Origin: Octopus vulgaris
Taxonomy: Eukaryota
Length of the DNA stretch: 64,000 bases
Reading direction: 5' to 3'
Assembly: GCA_951406725.2 (NCBI GenBank)
Contig: OX597833.1
Coordinates: 68,076,001 to 68,140,000 of the forward strand
The translations under genes were made by a program, and so were the position numbers. The notes under the pieces are model-generated. The model was not told where the DNA came from and did no database searches. It was given only the letters and a program-made list of their open reading frames with translations. Positions 27,831-41,036 of this stretch are shown here, one piece after another (the first letter of the stretch is position 1; each line of letters starts with the position of its first letter).

Positions 27831-28129
27831 CATGTTTGACTTTTGCTTTACATTTGTACAAGTTGGCTCCAAGTCTCACCCAGAGACCTCAAGAGACAAC
27901 AAGTTGGAAGTTCTTGTTGGTGTTATGCCTAGGGTGCCATATATTTGGTTTTGTACTTAGTGTTGTACTAGTGAATGTCTAAAAAACCATACGGAAATTA
28001 TGTTTGTTTTAAAACTTGAGATTACATAGAAAGTATTTTGCGTAGGATATGAGAAGTTCCCACGAGCACTAACTTTTGAATTTCTGCCATTTTGGGTTTC
28101 CTGGTATCTGAGTTAGGTAGCAATAAGCT
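27831..28129 (-). mobile_element. 3' end of an R4/Dong-like non-LTR retrotransposon inserted in (TAA)n
   Basis: Minus strand encodes MAEIQKLVLVGTSHILRKILSM* (stop 28022-28024), matching the recalled IQK.VLLGT.HILRK.L C-terminal motif of RLE-bearing R4/Dong elements. A ~190-nt 3' UTR runs into (TAA)n, and TAA tracts flank both sides. Confidence 0.7.
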
Positions 28130-28176
28130 AATAATAATAATAATGATAATAATAATAATAATAATTATTATTATTA

Positions 28177-28397
28177 AGTGAGAGAGCAGTGCATGTCATC
28201 AAAGTGACACTGAGGTAAAATATATGAAGCCCAGTATACCCATCATCACTACCCGTCTGATAAGGGTACACCAGGATCAACCATCACAACCATATGTGCG
28301 TGACATGGTGATCTCATATCAAGATAAACAAGGCATGACCTTGCAGGTGGGGCCCAGTTAGAATTTTCGTCTGGTCGAGCAGCCCATCCCACTCAAA
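28177..28397 (-). mobile_element. (TAA)n-associated interspersed repeat, partial
   Basis: Reverse complement matches 37137-37357 (gtgggatgggct...ctaactgggccccacctgcaa...cccttatcagacgggtag...ctgctctctcact then (AAT)n). Confidence 0.8.
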
Positions 28398-28447
28398 CAG
28401 ACATGCATATAAAACACACATCTACACATTTATATAAATACACACAC

Positions 28448-28636
28448 ACGACGAGCTTCTTTCAGTTTCCGTCTACCAAATCCACTCAGAAAGTTCTGGC
28501 CGTCCCCGGGCCATAGCAGAAGAAACTTGCCCATGATGCCAATATGTGGCACCTTCAGCAAGTTTCTTCTACGATAAGGCTGGAAAGCAAATACTAAGGT
28601 GCTACTATAAAGTTGGCAAACAAACTGCTTACCACA
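28448..28636 (-). mobile_element. SINE family 1, rearranged 5' fragment
   Basis: gcttctttcagtttccgtctaccaaatccactca...agcagaagaaacttgccc, followed by a short opposite-orientation piece gtggcaccttcagcaagtttcttct. Confidence 0.65.
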
Positions 28637-29514
28637 AAGTGTGCAAGATAATTCCTACATCACCAACGCTAATGAGTGAACAATAAAACACATTTTATCT
28701 AACTTTTCATTCGACTACAATTTGTAGGAAATCGTATATCGGAAAATATTTTGGTTGACCTGTATCAAATATATTGGATTTTCAAGTGTAAGTCACTAAT
28801 TAATTAAAAACGTTTGTATTGAACTGAAATTGATGCGAATGTATAGGATTATTTTGTTTAATCTTGGATTACGTTTGGCATAAAAAAAGTTAAAAGATAC
28901 GCCATCTTTGCGAGAAAATGAGATGAATCTTTCATCGACTAATCTCCAGATTGACAGGAAACTAGTTGAGATAACCACCCTCTGCATATCTGTCGACGGA
29001 AAGATACACAACTGTATTCATATTTGCTTAATATTACAATGAGACAAAACTATTGATAAGGTTGCAAGACGCAACGAAAAGTTTAGGACAATAAGAATAA
29101 GAAAAATGTGGAAATTTTACCGGTGAGGGTGTTAAATAATAAGGCACAAAAAGAAAATGACTCCCCAGACACAACAGAATATTCTTCAACACACGAACTC
29201 ATAGAAAGAATCTTGCAAATCCAATCCAAAAACGAAATATAAAAAGAAGCCCTTTTTAAACATGTATTAACATTTTCGATATTTCTAATATATGCTTCAT
29301 GTTTTATCTTATGGGTAGCAAAGTCCAAAATAGCGTGGAGTCCCTCTTCGATTCCATGTCTGAAAACATGAAATAAAGACGCGGATCAAATAAGAATCAC
29401 TTGATTTCTATTTGCATTATATATCACTGTATTACTGTATCAGTTAAACTGTCGGGTCGTATTATATATTGCTGGTCACAAAGCGTTTCCAATTCTCTCA
29501 ACATTGCACCTTTC

Positions 29515-30030
29515 TTTTCCATCATCGACTTTCTTTCGTCGTAGAGGCCATTCGAGTGACCTTTTCCGATCTCTTGGTTAGCATTTGTGAACCGCATGGG
29601 TCCACCTGTTGTCTACGAACCTCGTGACATGTCCGACCCAGTGGAAAATACGATTTAAATACTCCGAGATCAGATCGTTCACTCCACTCCGTTCTCGAAT
29701 CGTCTCGTTTCGAATATACCCTCGTAACGATATTCCTAGCATGGATCTTTCCATGGCCCCTTGCGTCGTAGTCATTCGATTGTTTTACCTTCTTCGCAGT
29801 AGCTCATATCTCACTTGCTTATAAGATCGCGGGTAGAACGTTGCTATTAAAGACTCCTACACATAATATACAGTCTAGCGTTGTTTTGAGCACATCCCTT
29901 ATTGAGTGAAAAGCTTTGCATCTAGACCATATTTTCTTTGCGAATAAGGGCTGGATGGAAGGGAGCATATTTACTGTGTGCCTTCGGCAGACGTATTCTT
30001 TCGCATCCTCAATTTCATCGCTTCTAACCT
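29515..30030 (-). pseudogene. Decayed RTE-clade LINE ORF, post-RT C-terminal region
   Basis: TTQGAMERSMLGISLRGYIRNETIRERSGVNDLI...WVGHVTRFVDNRWT..V...*PRDRKR matches the recalled RTE motif QRAMER.MLG.SLRD.IRNE.IR...WAGH..R..DNRW. Upstream reads FNSNVLPAIL*ASEI* and EIEDAKEYV, with stops. Confidence 0.85.
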
Positions 30031-30407
30031 CTATTTTGCACTATATTTAAGAAACGATATATGAAACTAACATAACATCGTACGCAAATAAAACTCAATT
30101 ACCATGTTTTCTTGTATGAATCGCACCCAAAGTGTTTCAGGTAAAGCAAAGTATCAATTATTGTGACTGTCACACGGATAAATACCAGAAAGTCAGTGGA
30201 CTCATTTGGGTAAATTAAGGCTGGCGTTAAGATTTGAAACTAAGGTAATTGAATTGAAGACAAGTAACGAAAACCAGACATGAGAAAAGAAAAAAAAACA
30301 TAAAGAAACCTTATTAAATATGTTATATAACTTACATAATCATGAATCGTAACAATAATATTTCACGTTTCCTCTCTTCTCCTCGCATTAAGCCAGTTCC
30401 CCCACAT

Positions 30408-30438
<31 letters not shown>

Positions 30439-30856
30439 ATATCTTCACGTTTTCTTCTAACCTTGACAGAAAGCGAACGCATTAGCAGAATGACTGGCAT
30501 AGGGTGTTCTCTTTTATCAGCAAAGTAAGAACATTAACAAGGCTTCACTGCTTTCAACCAAGAAATCGAAATTTTACGTAAGCCACACTTTCGTTACATA
30601 TGTTTCTTTTCTCTCTAAGAGAAATTAGGACTGCAAGACTATAACAATATCAGCGTTTCCTAACAGTTTTTGCTGGTCGTTAATGGTTATCGATTAGTGT
30701 CTGTAATATGCCTAAATTTAGACATTTGCCATATCGATTTCATCAATTTACTTGAACCTGCAAATATCATGGGCATTGCCTCTATTTCGTTGAGAAGATG
30801 ACATACTTATGTGTGCGTATTCCCGAAGTGGTTACACATGTACGTGATGTAAGATG

Positions 30857-30900
<44 letters not shown>

Positions 30901-31152
30901 ATATAAAATTGATAACACAGTATACATATAAGATATACTATACATATGCTTATACATATATAGGCGTGTAAATTATATGCATATCTATATACACAATGTA
31001 TCTATATATATATATATATATATATATACAAGATAAGAAAATGGAGAAATACATCTAAATCAAATATCAATTACCAGATAATACTCAATTCTGTAGTATA
31101 TTCGATATATGTTATCCCATAGAGGGTTGCATTTACAACCCCTATCTCAATT

Positions 31153-31200
<48 letters not shown>

Positions 31201-31280
31201 ATATACTATACATATGCTTATGCATATACAGGTGTCTGAAATTTATGCATATCTACATCTACATACGTAATCTATCTAGT

Positions 31281-31341
<61 letters not shown>

Positions 31342-32689
31342 TCGTGTGTATGTATGTGGGGGGTGTATTGAGAAAGAAATATAGAAAGAGACAGGGTTAA
31401 AATCCTTGACTGTAAAATCTTTTTTGAACAGGAAACGAAAGAACAACCAAAATCGTGACAATTTTTGCGTTGGAATTTCATCAGCAACTGTGTTCTCCTC
31501 TCTTCATCTGTTCACGAATATAATAAATATATTAGCACATTATTATGAAGATTTTCAGCAAACTGTATCAAAGAAATTCTGTATATATGGCATTCTTGGA
31601 AGCTAAGTCTTCAATAAATGATTGATATATTGAGAGCGTTTTGCTTCAATGCTATATTCTACAATGGAAATATATCTATACATTTTTAGCTTATTCATTG
31701 GCATTGCATATTGTAGAAATATGCACACAAGTATTCTTATGCCTATTCAGTCTTATTTATTTATTTTATTAATAAATTCATTTATTTATAAATGAATTTA
31801 TCCAATATCCGATGTTTCAGGATTAATACTAACTTAGAGATATGATGGTAAGAAAGAATTGTGCGAATACTGGACGGAATAGCTTGCAGTGTTTGTTAAT
31901 CTGTTTTGCATTCTTATTCCAAATCCGATTGGAGGGCACCGTGTGTTCACATACTTCAATAGCCAATGCAAGAAATCCCTTGATTAAAATAATTCGGTAG
32001 ATTTAAATGAGTATTGTTTACCAGTAGAAGAGATGTTGCTTTGTGTCAATCTAAGTGTTTACCATTTCGATTCAGTTGTTGGTCCATATATTGTCTAAAA
32101 TCGCCAAGAAATGCTGACGGTCGAGGTAACAAATACACGCAATAGAATGCGTCCTAATTCGCATAATACGGTTTCTCGGTCAAGCATTTATACAGATCTA
32201 CATCCGATATAGAAGTCACAGAGTATATATTTACCGGAAAACAGTGTGAAACTATTCCCTTCTGTATATGAAGTTTTACTATCAAACAAAAACAAAAAGC
32301 AGCTATCATTTGCCAGACGATGTTAGTAAATGGGAGAAAGATATGGTAATTTATATCCATTAGTAGACTTAAAGTATATGCTCAACTTTGAACCTTGTCT
32401 ATAGTAAAAGGAAGTAAGTCAGGGATGTTGGTTTGAAGTACAGTAAGTGTTTTTCTTCTTCTTTTTTTTATAAGGAGAGATTTAAGGCCCAAATTCTACA
32501 AGTTATGTAGTTGGAGCGTGTAGGATTTGTCAGGCGAAGACAACTTATTTCAAACAGTTATGTATACTGGACGTTTTTGCTGCATTAAAAGTCCGCTTTT
32601 CCCTGCTCGTTAAAGTACGACTTAGTGAAAGCAGTAGAGTATCAATTTAGTGGATAGTATACCAGCTAATAAAAAAATGGATCTCCGTC

Positions 32690-32960
32690 CACTGTAGCAA
32701 CGAGCGTTCCAGTTGATCGAATGAACGGAAAAATCTGCTTGTGAAATTAACATGAAAGCGGCTGGCGCAATTCATTGACGCGCAACCTTATCATAGTCTT
32801 TAGGGAGATTCAGCGTGATACGGGATATGACAAGTCTGTCATTTGAATTAAAGATCCAACGCATTTTTACTAACCTTGCTAAAGGACCCGATGTGCAACC
32901 TGGAATTGAGGTCACGACCTCATGACCATGAGCCAAACACTCCGACCAGAAAGCTACACA
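32690..32960 (-). mobile_element. SINE family 3, decayed
   Basis: Reverse complement shares gttaatttcacaagcag..ccgttc..tcgatcaactggaacgctcgt with the 3' part of 41613-41930 and has a tRNA-like head (gtgtttggctcatggtcatgaggtcgtg..tcaattcc). Confidence 0.6.
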
Positions 32961-34099
32961 TCGTCGCTATGTGGCTGCTTCCTGTATGCAACCTCATCAG
33001 AGAGTACGACCCGGTATTAATTTCGTCTACGGAGAAAAGTTCCAACATTTATATGTTGTTGGTTCAAGTGCTGAAAATGCCTGACTGTGGATTCAACTGT
33101 AGTTTCTTTTTTTTTTTTTTTTGTTTGTCGAGCGAGATTTTGGTCAGACATAGATATTTCACCTTGTGAGAGGCGAAAAATCTTGTAGAATATTGTTATG
33201 GGGAGCTTGGAGGTAGCAATGTCATTTGTCTTGAAAACAAAACCGAACTGCATTTGTAGGGAGTTATAGGCTGTATGGGGAAGGGGGGTTAAAGCCAAAT
33301 TGCATATACTGAGTTGAAAGAAGTGAAAAAAATGTATAATGTATGGTGTGTAAGACTGCAAATAGAAGATATAAAAGAGTATTGAATTAAGGAAGGCATT
33401 TGGGGAAGAGATAACCAGAATATTTTAAGCCTGAGAGGTTGAAGGAAAGATTTGATTATATATAAAAACAAATCTTAACTTTCGCTCTCTCTCACATGCA
33501 CACACGTCCATACACAACACACACACACACAACCGAACACACAAATATACACACATATACATTATAGTGAGATGAAGGAAGGAAACTGAAGAGCAAGGGA
33601 GGAAGTGAAAGCATGTAACACGGCGAAGCATAGAGTACGTGACTAAAAGTAAATCTGGAAACAAAATGCAAATATCTAGAAAGCGAGGAATATATTCTTA
33701 TCACACATAAACTAAACATTTATTGTATAGAGGAATCTGAAGGATAACTTAACTTACTGAATGCATATACACGTATATGTGTTTATGTACGTATATAAAT
33801 ACATATATGCATATATACACATATATGTATATGTGTGTGTGTGTGTGTGTGTGTCTATACATATTTTTATGTGAGTGCGTTTGCGTCGAATGTGTTAGAC
33901 AACTGTAAGGGAATTTAAAGTTTCTTAATCTTTCGTTTCACGTCACCGTTAGTCTCAACGACTGAAGTAGCGTGTCTAATATCATATAAGACAGCCTACA
34001 CTCAAATAATACGAAATACAATTAGTCAGAAGTCTGTACCTAATATTTTTGATATGTTCACTTGTAAAATTATTTGCTTTTTATCCATTTCTGTGCACC

Positions 34100-34138
<39 letters not shown>

Positions 34139-34175
34139 GTTCATGTTTATATATATATATATACACACGGTTTTT

Positions 34176-34206
<31 letters not shown>

Positions 34207-34247
34207 ACCGGTTCATGTTTATATATATATATATACACACGGTTTTT

Positions 34248-34283
<36 letters not shown>

Positions 34284-34388
34284 GGTTCATGTTCATATAT
34301 ATACACACGGTTTTTGTTTATATATATATATATATATATATACACGGTTCATGTTTCATGTTTATATATATATATACACACGGTTTTT

Positions 34389-34425
<37 letters not shown>
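34100..34425. repeat. Higher-order minisatellite built on (TA)n
   Basis: Four cycles of cggttcatgtt-(TA)n-cacacggtttttgttt-(TA)n. Confidence 0.9.
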
Positions 34426-34915
34426 AAGAGAGAGAAACAGAGATAGATAGATAGTTAGATATATAGATACATACATAGATACATAGTTATACTTAAAAAT
34501 ATGCAAGAATTCTTTCAATCGTTAATGAAGTTTACATCATAAATATTTATAGTTTAATGATTAAGTTTTATACTATGGGGAGCCCATTATCGATACATTT
34601 GTTTCACGAAAATTGTTGTATGTTTCAATTTTAAAACGTCACGTGTGTTTGAATCAATAATTTAAAGGTACCACGTCCTCTAAAGGTCTTATTTTATTTT
34701 ATGACAGCTTGCGTTGTAATTCATTCAACTCATTATTATACTTGGTAACACTAAAACTCAGCAAATGTGTGATTTGTACACGTGATACGGCAGACTGAAA
34801 AAAATAAGGTATTTGTATACTCACGTGTCCGTGAGTACTAAAAAATATATCAATATATGTTCAGGATAATGGAATTGGTACATATATGCAGGCATTCTAA
34901 GGTCATTTTGGCATC

Positions 34916-34946
<31 letters not shown>

Positions 34947-35061
34947 GTCAGTCACTCAATGTGTATATATATATATATATACATACATACGCCTGATAGC
35001 GTGTGCGTATGTGTTAGTGTTTGTATGTGTGCGTTGGTGTATATGTGTGCATATATATTAC

Positions 35062-35095
<34 letters not shown>

Positions 35096-36507
35096 CTGTG
35101 TTATATATGTGTGAATATTCGTATGTGATGTATATAGGGGAACGAGACCGTTCGTTTCCCGAGCGTTGCACACAGATATAATAAAGGCAAACAGATAGCA
35201 ATATCTGATGTTTTTAATTCACTGAATCAAATACATTATTATTATTTGATTATTTGTAATCTGTATAGAGATGTTGCCAAGGTTGAATAATTTATCATAA
35301 AAGCAAATACGAAGACAATGAGACATTTCTGAAGGAAGTAGATAACACAAATGGAATGATACGCTGCTTAGAAATTTTTTTTTTCAGTGTCAAAAATACA
35401 TTGTATTTTTACTTTTCTCTCTCTCTCTCTCTCTCTCTCTGTCTATCTCTTACGTTTTTCCTTGTCTCTGACTCTTTGTTCCTGCGTCTCTCTGTTTCTC
35501 TCTCTCTCTCTCACGCTCTCTCTCTCTCTCTCTCAGTGTCTTTACGTTTTCTTCTTTCTTTATGTGACATACATTATCTTCATGTTTATTTTAATATTTG
35601 ATATTTCTGAAATGACAGTCACCGTAGGAGAATAACAACACAGTAAAACGAACGATGAATATCTTGTATATTTTCTACATTATTCAGTGAGGGGAAAGGA
35701 AGAGAGAGGCAGAGAAAGAGAGATAAAAGAAAGAGAAAGAAAGAGAGAGAGAGAGACAAGGAGAGAATGTGTGTGTAGATGTGCGCGTGTGCAAACTATT
35801 GAAAAGACCATCTATAAATAGCTTTTATACAAGTTGTAGAGAGGTAAACTAGACTGAAAGAAAATTCGTTGCATTATGTTTCGTAGGTAAATGAATATAT
35901 TGTTATAGATTTGAAATATTTCCACTGTGAGTTATATAAATGTATATAATTCTGAAAAGAAATAATTATTGAGCAAACAACGGAATGTATGCACAACCTC
36001 TTCGCCTGCTAGAAATAGCACTCGAAGATCCTTCAAATTGCACAATATTCTCTGATATGAAAAATACGTTCATAATAGAAAATGTTGTCTCTGGTACGGA
36101 AACAATGATAAAATGTCGGTTGGTAATGTTTTGAAAGGCATCAACCATTATGGCAGGAAAATGTGCAATTCATAAATCACTGGTTCCAAGTAGACTAATT
36201 ATGGTCTGCGGTTTCTACTGAAATCGTTGTGTAAATTTCGTAAATACCTCCTAAGTATGTATGCTGTTTGAAGACGATGACATGACAAGTTTTCTGCACA
36301 AAGCCTTTTGTTAAAATTAGAGAATAACATCTGTTACGAGAGTTCAACGGCAGCCATTTCTGTGCAGCAAAAGCCATTACAAATAATTTAATAGAAATTT
36401 GTACGTTTCACTGTAAACTACTGAAATATGTGTTATACTGTATGTTAACAAAAGTATTTCGTCGGTGGAATATATTATTACACTGAAATTGGCGTGGGTA
36501 GTGAAAA

Positions 36508-36543
36508 TAACCAACGTTTCGGAGAAAGTCCTTCTTCGGGTTA
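36508..36543 (-). ncRNA. Hammerhead-like motif with a 1-nt core defect
   Basis: Minus strand TAACC-CGAAGA-A-GGA CTTTC TCC-GAAA-CG-TT-GGTTA: 5-bp stem I, stem II, ACGT stem III, GUU triplet. The core lacks U4 or reads CCGAAGA. Confidence 0.55.
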
Positions 36544-36644
36544 ATGGTGACATAAGGGAAATAAAAGAAATATTAATATTCTATGACCACTGTGTTTGAG
36601 AAACTGGTTGCAGCTAATGAAAAACCCCCCAAAAAACGGAGTTT

Positions 36645-36851
36645 GTATTATAGGCAGAAGGCCTGAAATTTGGGAGGAGGGGGTTTGTCGATTACGTCGT
36701 GCTCCGTGTTTCACTGGTACTTAATTTCTTGACCGCAAGAAGATGAACGGCAAAGTCGACCTCGGTGGAATTTGAACTCAGAACGTAACGGCAGACGAAC
36801 TGCCGTTAAGCATTTCGTCCTGCATGTTAACGATTCTGCCAGCTTGCCGCC
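36645..36851 (-). mobile_element. SINE family 2
   Basis: ggcctgaaatttggg...ggcaaagtcgacctcggtggaatttgaactcagaacgtaacggcagacgaa...aacgattctgccagcttgccgcc. Confidence 0.85.
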
Positions 36852-36887
36852 ATAATAATAATAACAATAATAATAATAATAATAATA

Positions 36888-37357
36888 GGTATAAAAGATG
36901 GGCTACAGCAAATATTCTGCTCAATACCACAGATTTGCTTGTCAGTTGTTTGACCGTAACCAGTTGAGCATGTCCCTTAGTGGCTGACGATATGTGCATC
37001 TCTGATCACGAGCAGAAGTAGTGAGGGAGCATCATAGCCATGTGTTGAGAGGGATTCTTTGGGGTTTGAATAATTCAGCCCTGGAAACATGGGTGGTTAT
37101 TTCAAAATCCTTAAACAACCCTTATTCAGGGACCCTTTGAGTGGGATGGGCTACTCAACCTCAAGAAAATTCTAACTGGGCCCCACCTGCAAAGTCCTGT
37201 GCTGTTTATCTTGATATGAGATCACCATGTCGCGCATATATGGTTGTGATGCATGTGCCTGGTGTACCCTTATCAGACGGGTAGTCATGATGGGTATATT
37301 GGGCTTCGTATATTTTACCCCAGTGTCACTTTGATGGCATGAGCTGCTCTCTCACTC
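36888..37357 (+). mobile_element. ~470-bp repeat inserted in (AAT)n
   Basis: Bounded by (AAT)n on both sides. Its 3' 220 bp are homologous to 28177-28397. No ORF seen. Confidence 0.75.
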
Positions 37358-37390
<33 letters not shown>

Positions 37391-38283
37391 CCTTTCTAAA
37401 ATAAGAAGAAGGCCTGGAAGGATGAAATGCAGAGTCGACCTCGGCGTAATCTGAACTCAAAATGTATAGACAGACGATATGCTTCTCTCTACGACACATG
37501 TTACACCAAAATTATTTGCATTTCCACGAAGATATAGTAAAGTAGAAGTGCGAAAAGGCAGCATAATGGGATCGAACAAAGAAACGACGAGTTGCCAAGT
37601 GAAATTCTTAGCTCAACAGCTACTCTTCTTGCATGCTTGTCATGCTTGTAAATGTACACTGGTTTCAGAGAAGAAAACAATCGAAACTTCGTGAAAGAAC
37701 ATTAAACATAAAAGTCAATCCTGTAACATATCCAACCAAGAAATGTAAAAGGCTTCGCGTTAAAAGTGTTTCATGGAGATTAACCTTTTTTGCAATACTT
37801 GACTTTTCCACACGTATCTTTAGAAAAGATTGCCTCTTCACTGAGCGTAAGCCCTATAATTTAGATGAAAAATCAACAGCAGCCGAGTGAAAAAGAAGCC
37901 GTTGCTAAGCTGTATGAATGTAAATGAAAAAATAAATACGTCACTGTTCTTGTATTGAATCGGAGCTGCTTTCTACTGTAAGTATAACGATTTATCAAAT
38001 GTTCTGCAAACTTTATCACATATATAAAGGTATATTCTCTACGCTGTTTGACGAAAAAAGAAATGCTGCCAGCATGTCTTACGTATCGTAGAACGGCTCT
38101 GCCTTGAGGCGATATATTTAAACGGACCGCTTGCAGCGCTAGCAACACCTCCATGTTTACATATTCTGCCAAAACGGCATTCTTTGTAGTAATTAAGATA
38201 TTTTAGTACACCCTATTTTTGTTTCGCTATATATATATTTATCTCATTCTGTTTTTGATCGATCTGCTTAATTGCTTACACAC

Positions 38284-38362
<79 letters not shown>

Positions 38363-38398
38363 CCTGTCTGTCTCTCTACCTATCTATCTATCTATCTA

Positions 38399-38439
<41 letters not shown>

Positions 38440-38530
38440 ATCTATCTGTCTATATATAGACCTATCTGTCTATCTATCGATCTGTCTGTCTGTCTATTTA
38501 CTGATGTTTCACCGTATCTATCAATCTGTA

Positions 38531-38584
<54 letters not shown>

Positions 38585-39019
38585 CCCATCTATATATAGA
38601 TATATCTGTCTATCTATCGATCTGTCTGTCTGTCTATTTACTGATCTGTTTCACTGTATCTATCAATCTGTATGTCTATGTATCGATCTGTCTGTCTATG
38701 TATCGATCTGTCTGTCTATGTATCGATCTGTCTGTCTATCTGCCTATCTGTCTGTATATGTATCGATCAGTCTGACTATCTGTCTATGTATCGATCTGTC
38801 TGTCAATCTGTCTATGCATCGATCTGTCTGTCTATTTGTTTATCTATCGATCTGTCAGTCTATCTGTTTATCTATCGACCTCTTTGTCTATCTGTTTATC
38901 TATCGACCTGTCTGTCTATCTGTTTATCTATCGATCTGCCAGTCTATCAGTTTATCTATCGATCCGCCAGTCTATCAGTTTATCTATTGACCTGTATGTC
39001 TATCTGTTTATCTCTCTAG

Positions 39020-39065
<46 letters not shown>

Positions 39066-39068
39066 GCC

Positions 39069-39117
<49 letters not shown>

Positions 39118-39180
39118 GTCTATTAATATATGTCCCTCTCTCTCTCTTTTTCTTCTCTCTCTCTCTATCTATCTATCTAT
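38284..39180. repeat. (TCTA)n/(TCTG)n compound with a tatcgatctgtctgtc minisatellite unit
   Basis: Direct reading. Confidence 0.93.
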
Positions 39181-39507
39181 CCGTATGCCTGCATGCTGGC
39201 TTGCGTACTTAACATATTTGTGTTGTTTTTTTTCTGGTTATTCTGTTATTCATGGAATGACGAACAAACGAATTGTATATGATGCATTTATTAAAACGTA
39301 TATCACGACTCTTCTAAATGATTTTAAGACTTGTGTAGCCTATTTGAATAAATACGAGCGTTAAATGTCCGAAAGGTAACATGAAAGAATAAAACAGAAC
39401 GGAAGGATGAGTGCAGAAATCAAATAGGAAAGTATGAAAACGAGATGAATCTATAAAATGTGGTGAAGTTTATGACTGAGCAAGTGATTCGATACATTTA
39501 TGTACAC

Positions 39508-39890
39508 AGTGGCTGTGTGGTAAGTAGCTTGCTTACCAACCACATCCTTCCGGGTTCAGTCCCACTGCGTGGCATCTTGGGCAAGTGTCTTCTGCTATAG
39601 CCCCGGGCCGACCAATGCCTTGTGAGTGGATTTGGTAGACGGAAACTGAAAGAAGCCCGTCGTATATATGTATATATATATATATATATATGGGTATGTG
39701 TGTGTGTTTGTGTGTCTGTGTTTGTCCCCCTAGCATTGCTTGACAACCAATGCTGGTGTGTTTATGTCCTCGTCACTTAGCGGTTCTTTGTACTGGGCTT
39801 ACAAAGAGTAAGTCCCGGGGTCGAGTTGCTCGATTAAAGGTGGTGCTCCAGCATGGCCGCAGTCAAATGACTGAAACAAGCAAAACAAAA
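39508..39890 (+). mobile_element. SINE family 1 with an internal deletion
   Basis: agtggctgtgtggtaagtagc...; lacks ggcaaaagagaccgatagaataa; ends in ctgaaacaag(caaaa)n. Confidence 0.9.
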
Positions 39891-39976
39891 CAAAACAAAC
39901 AAACCAGTCCACGCGCGCGCAAGCTCAGAGACGCACAGACAGACACACATGTATATATGATATAGAGTATCATTCG

Positions 39977-40372
39977 TTTATCTGTTTCAGTCATTTTGAC
40001 TGCGGCCATGCTGGAGCACCGCCTTTAGTGGAGCAGATCTTACATGGACTTATTCCTTGTAATCCTAGTACTTATTCTATCGCTCTCTTTCTCCGAACCA
40101 CTAAGTTGCAGAGGCATAGAGACACGCCAACATCGGTTGTCAAGATATGATGGGGGTGGACAATCAAGTGCTCGCGCGGCACACACACACACATGTATAT
40201 AAATATATATGTGACCGTCTTTCAATGTCCGTCCACCAAGTCCACTCACAAGGCGTTGGTCGGTCTGAGGCTATAGTAGAAGACACTTGCCTAAGGTGCG
40301 ACGCAGTGGGATTGAATCCGGAACCCTGTGGCTGGAAGGCAAGCTACTTCCACACACAGCAACTTCTGCGCC
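39977..40372 (-). mobile_element. SINE family 1, diverged
   Basis: gtttcagtcattttgactgcggccatgctggagcaccgcc ... cacacagcaacttctgcgcc. Confidence 0.88.
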
Positions 40373-40621
40373 TGTGTACAGAAAATCGATGATACGTTAA
40401 CCAATATAAAACAGAAATTAATAAATTCATTCGTCAAGAATTAAATGAATTGATGAATATATTTAGTGATTTTAAACTTTCATTTATCGTGACAAAAAAA
40501 GTACAATTCCTTAGTGGAAACTTAATCAGAAAAAATACGCGCAGAAACCAACTCGATCGCACATGTACTTGCGCATATGCAAATATATGAAATAAACCTT
40601 GGTGATATATAATATATAACT

Positions 40622-40788
40622 AGGAGTGGCTGTGTGGTAAGTAGTTTGCTTACCAACCACATGGTTCCGGGTTCAGTCCCACTGCGTGGCACCTTAGGGC
40701 AAGTGTCTTCTACTATAGCCTCGGGCCGACCAAAGCCTTGTGAGTGGATTTGGTAGACGGAAACTGAAAGAAGCCCGTCGCATATATG

Positions 40789-40820
<32 letters not shown>

Positions 40821-41036
40821 CGTCTGTGTTTGTGTGTCTGTGTTTGTCCCCCTAGCATTGCTTGACAACCGATGCTGGTGTGTTTATGTCGCCGTCACTT
40901 AGCGGATCGGCAAAAGTGTCCGATAGAATAAGTACTGGGCTTACAAAGAATAAGTCCCGTCGTCGAGTTGCTCGACTAAAGGCGGTGCTCTAGTATAGCC
41001 GCAGTCAATTGACTGAAACAAGTAAAAGAGTAAAAG
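40622..41036 (+). mobile_element. SINE family 1, near full length
   Basis: aggagtggctgtgtggtaag ... gactgaaacaagtaaaagagtaaaag. Confidence 0.92.

Noticed and set aside
34100-34425. CRISPR-like repeat/spacer appearance
   Set aside because: The spacers are only (TA)n, the context is eukaryotic, and there are no cas genes.
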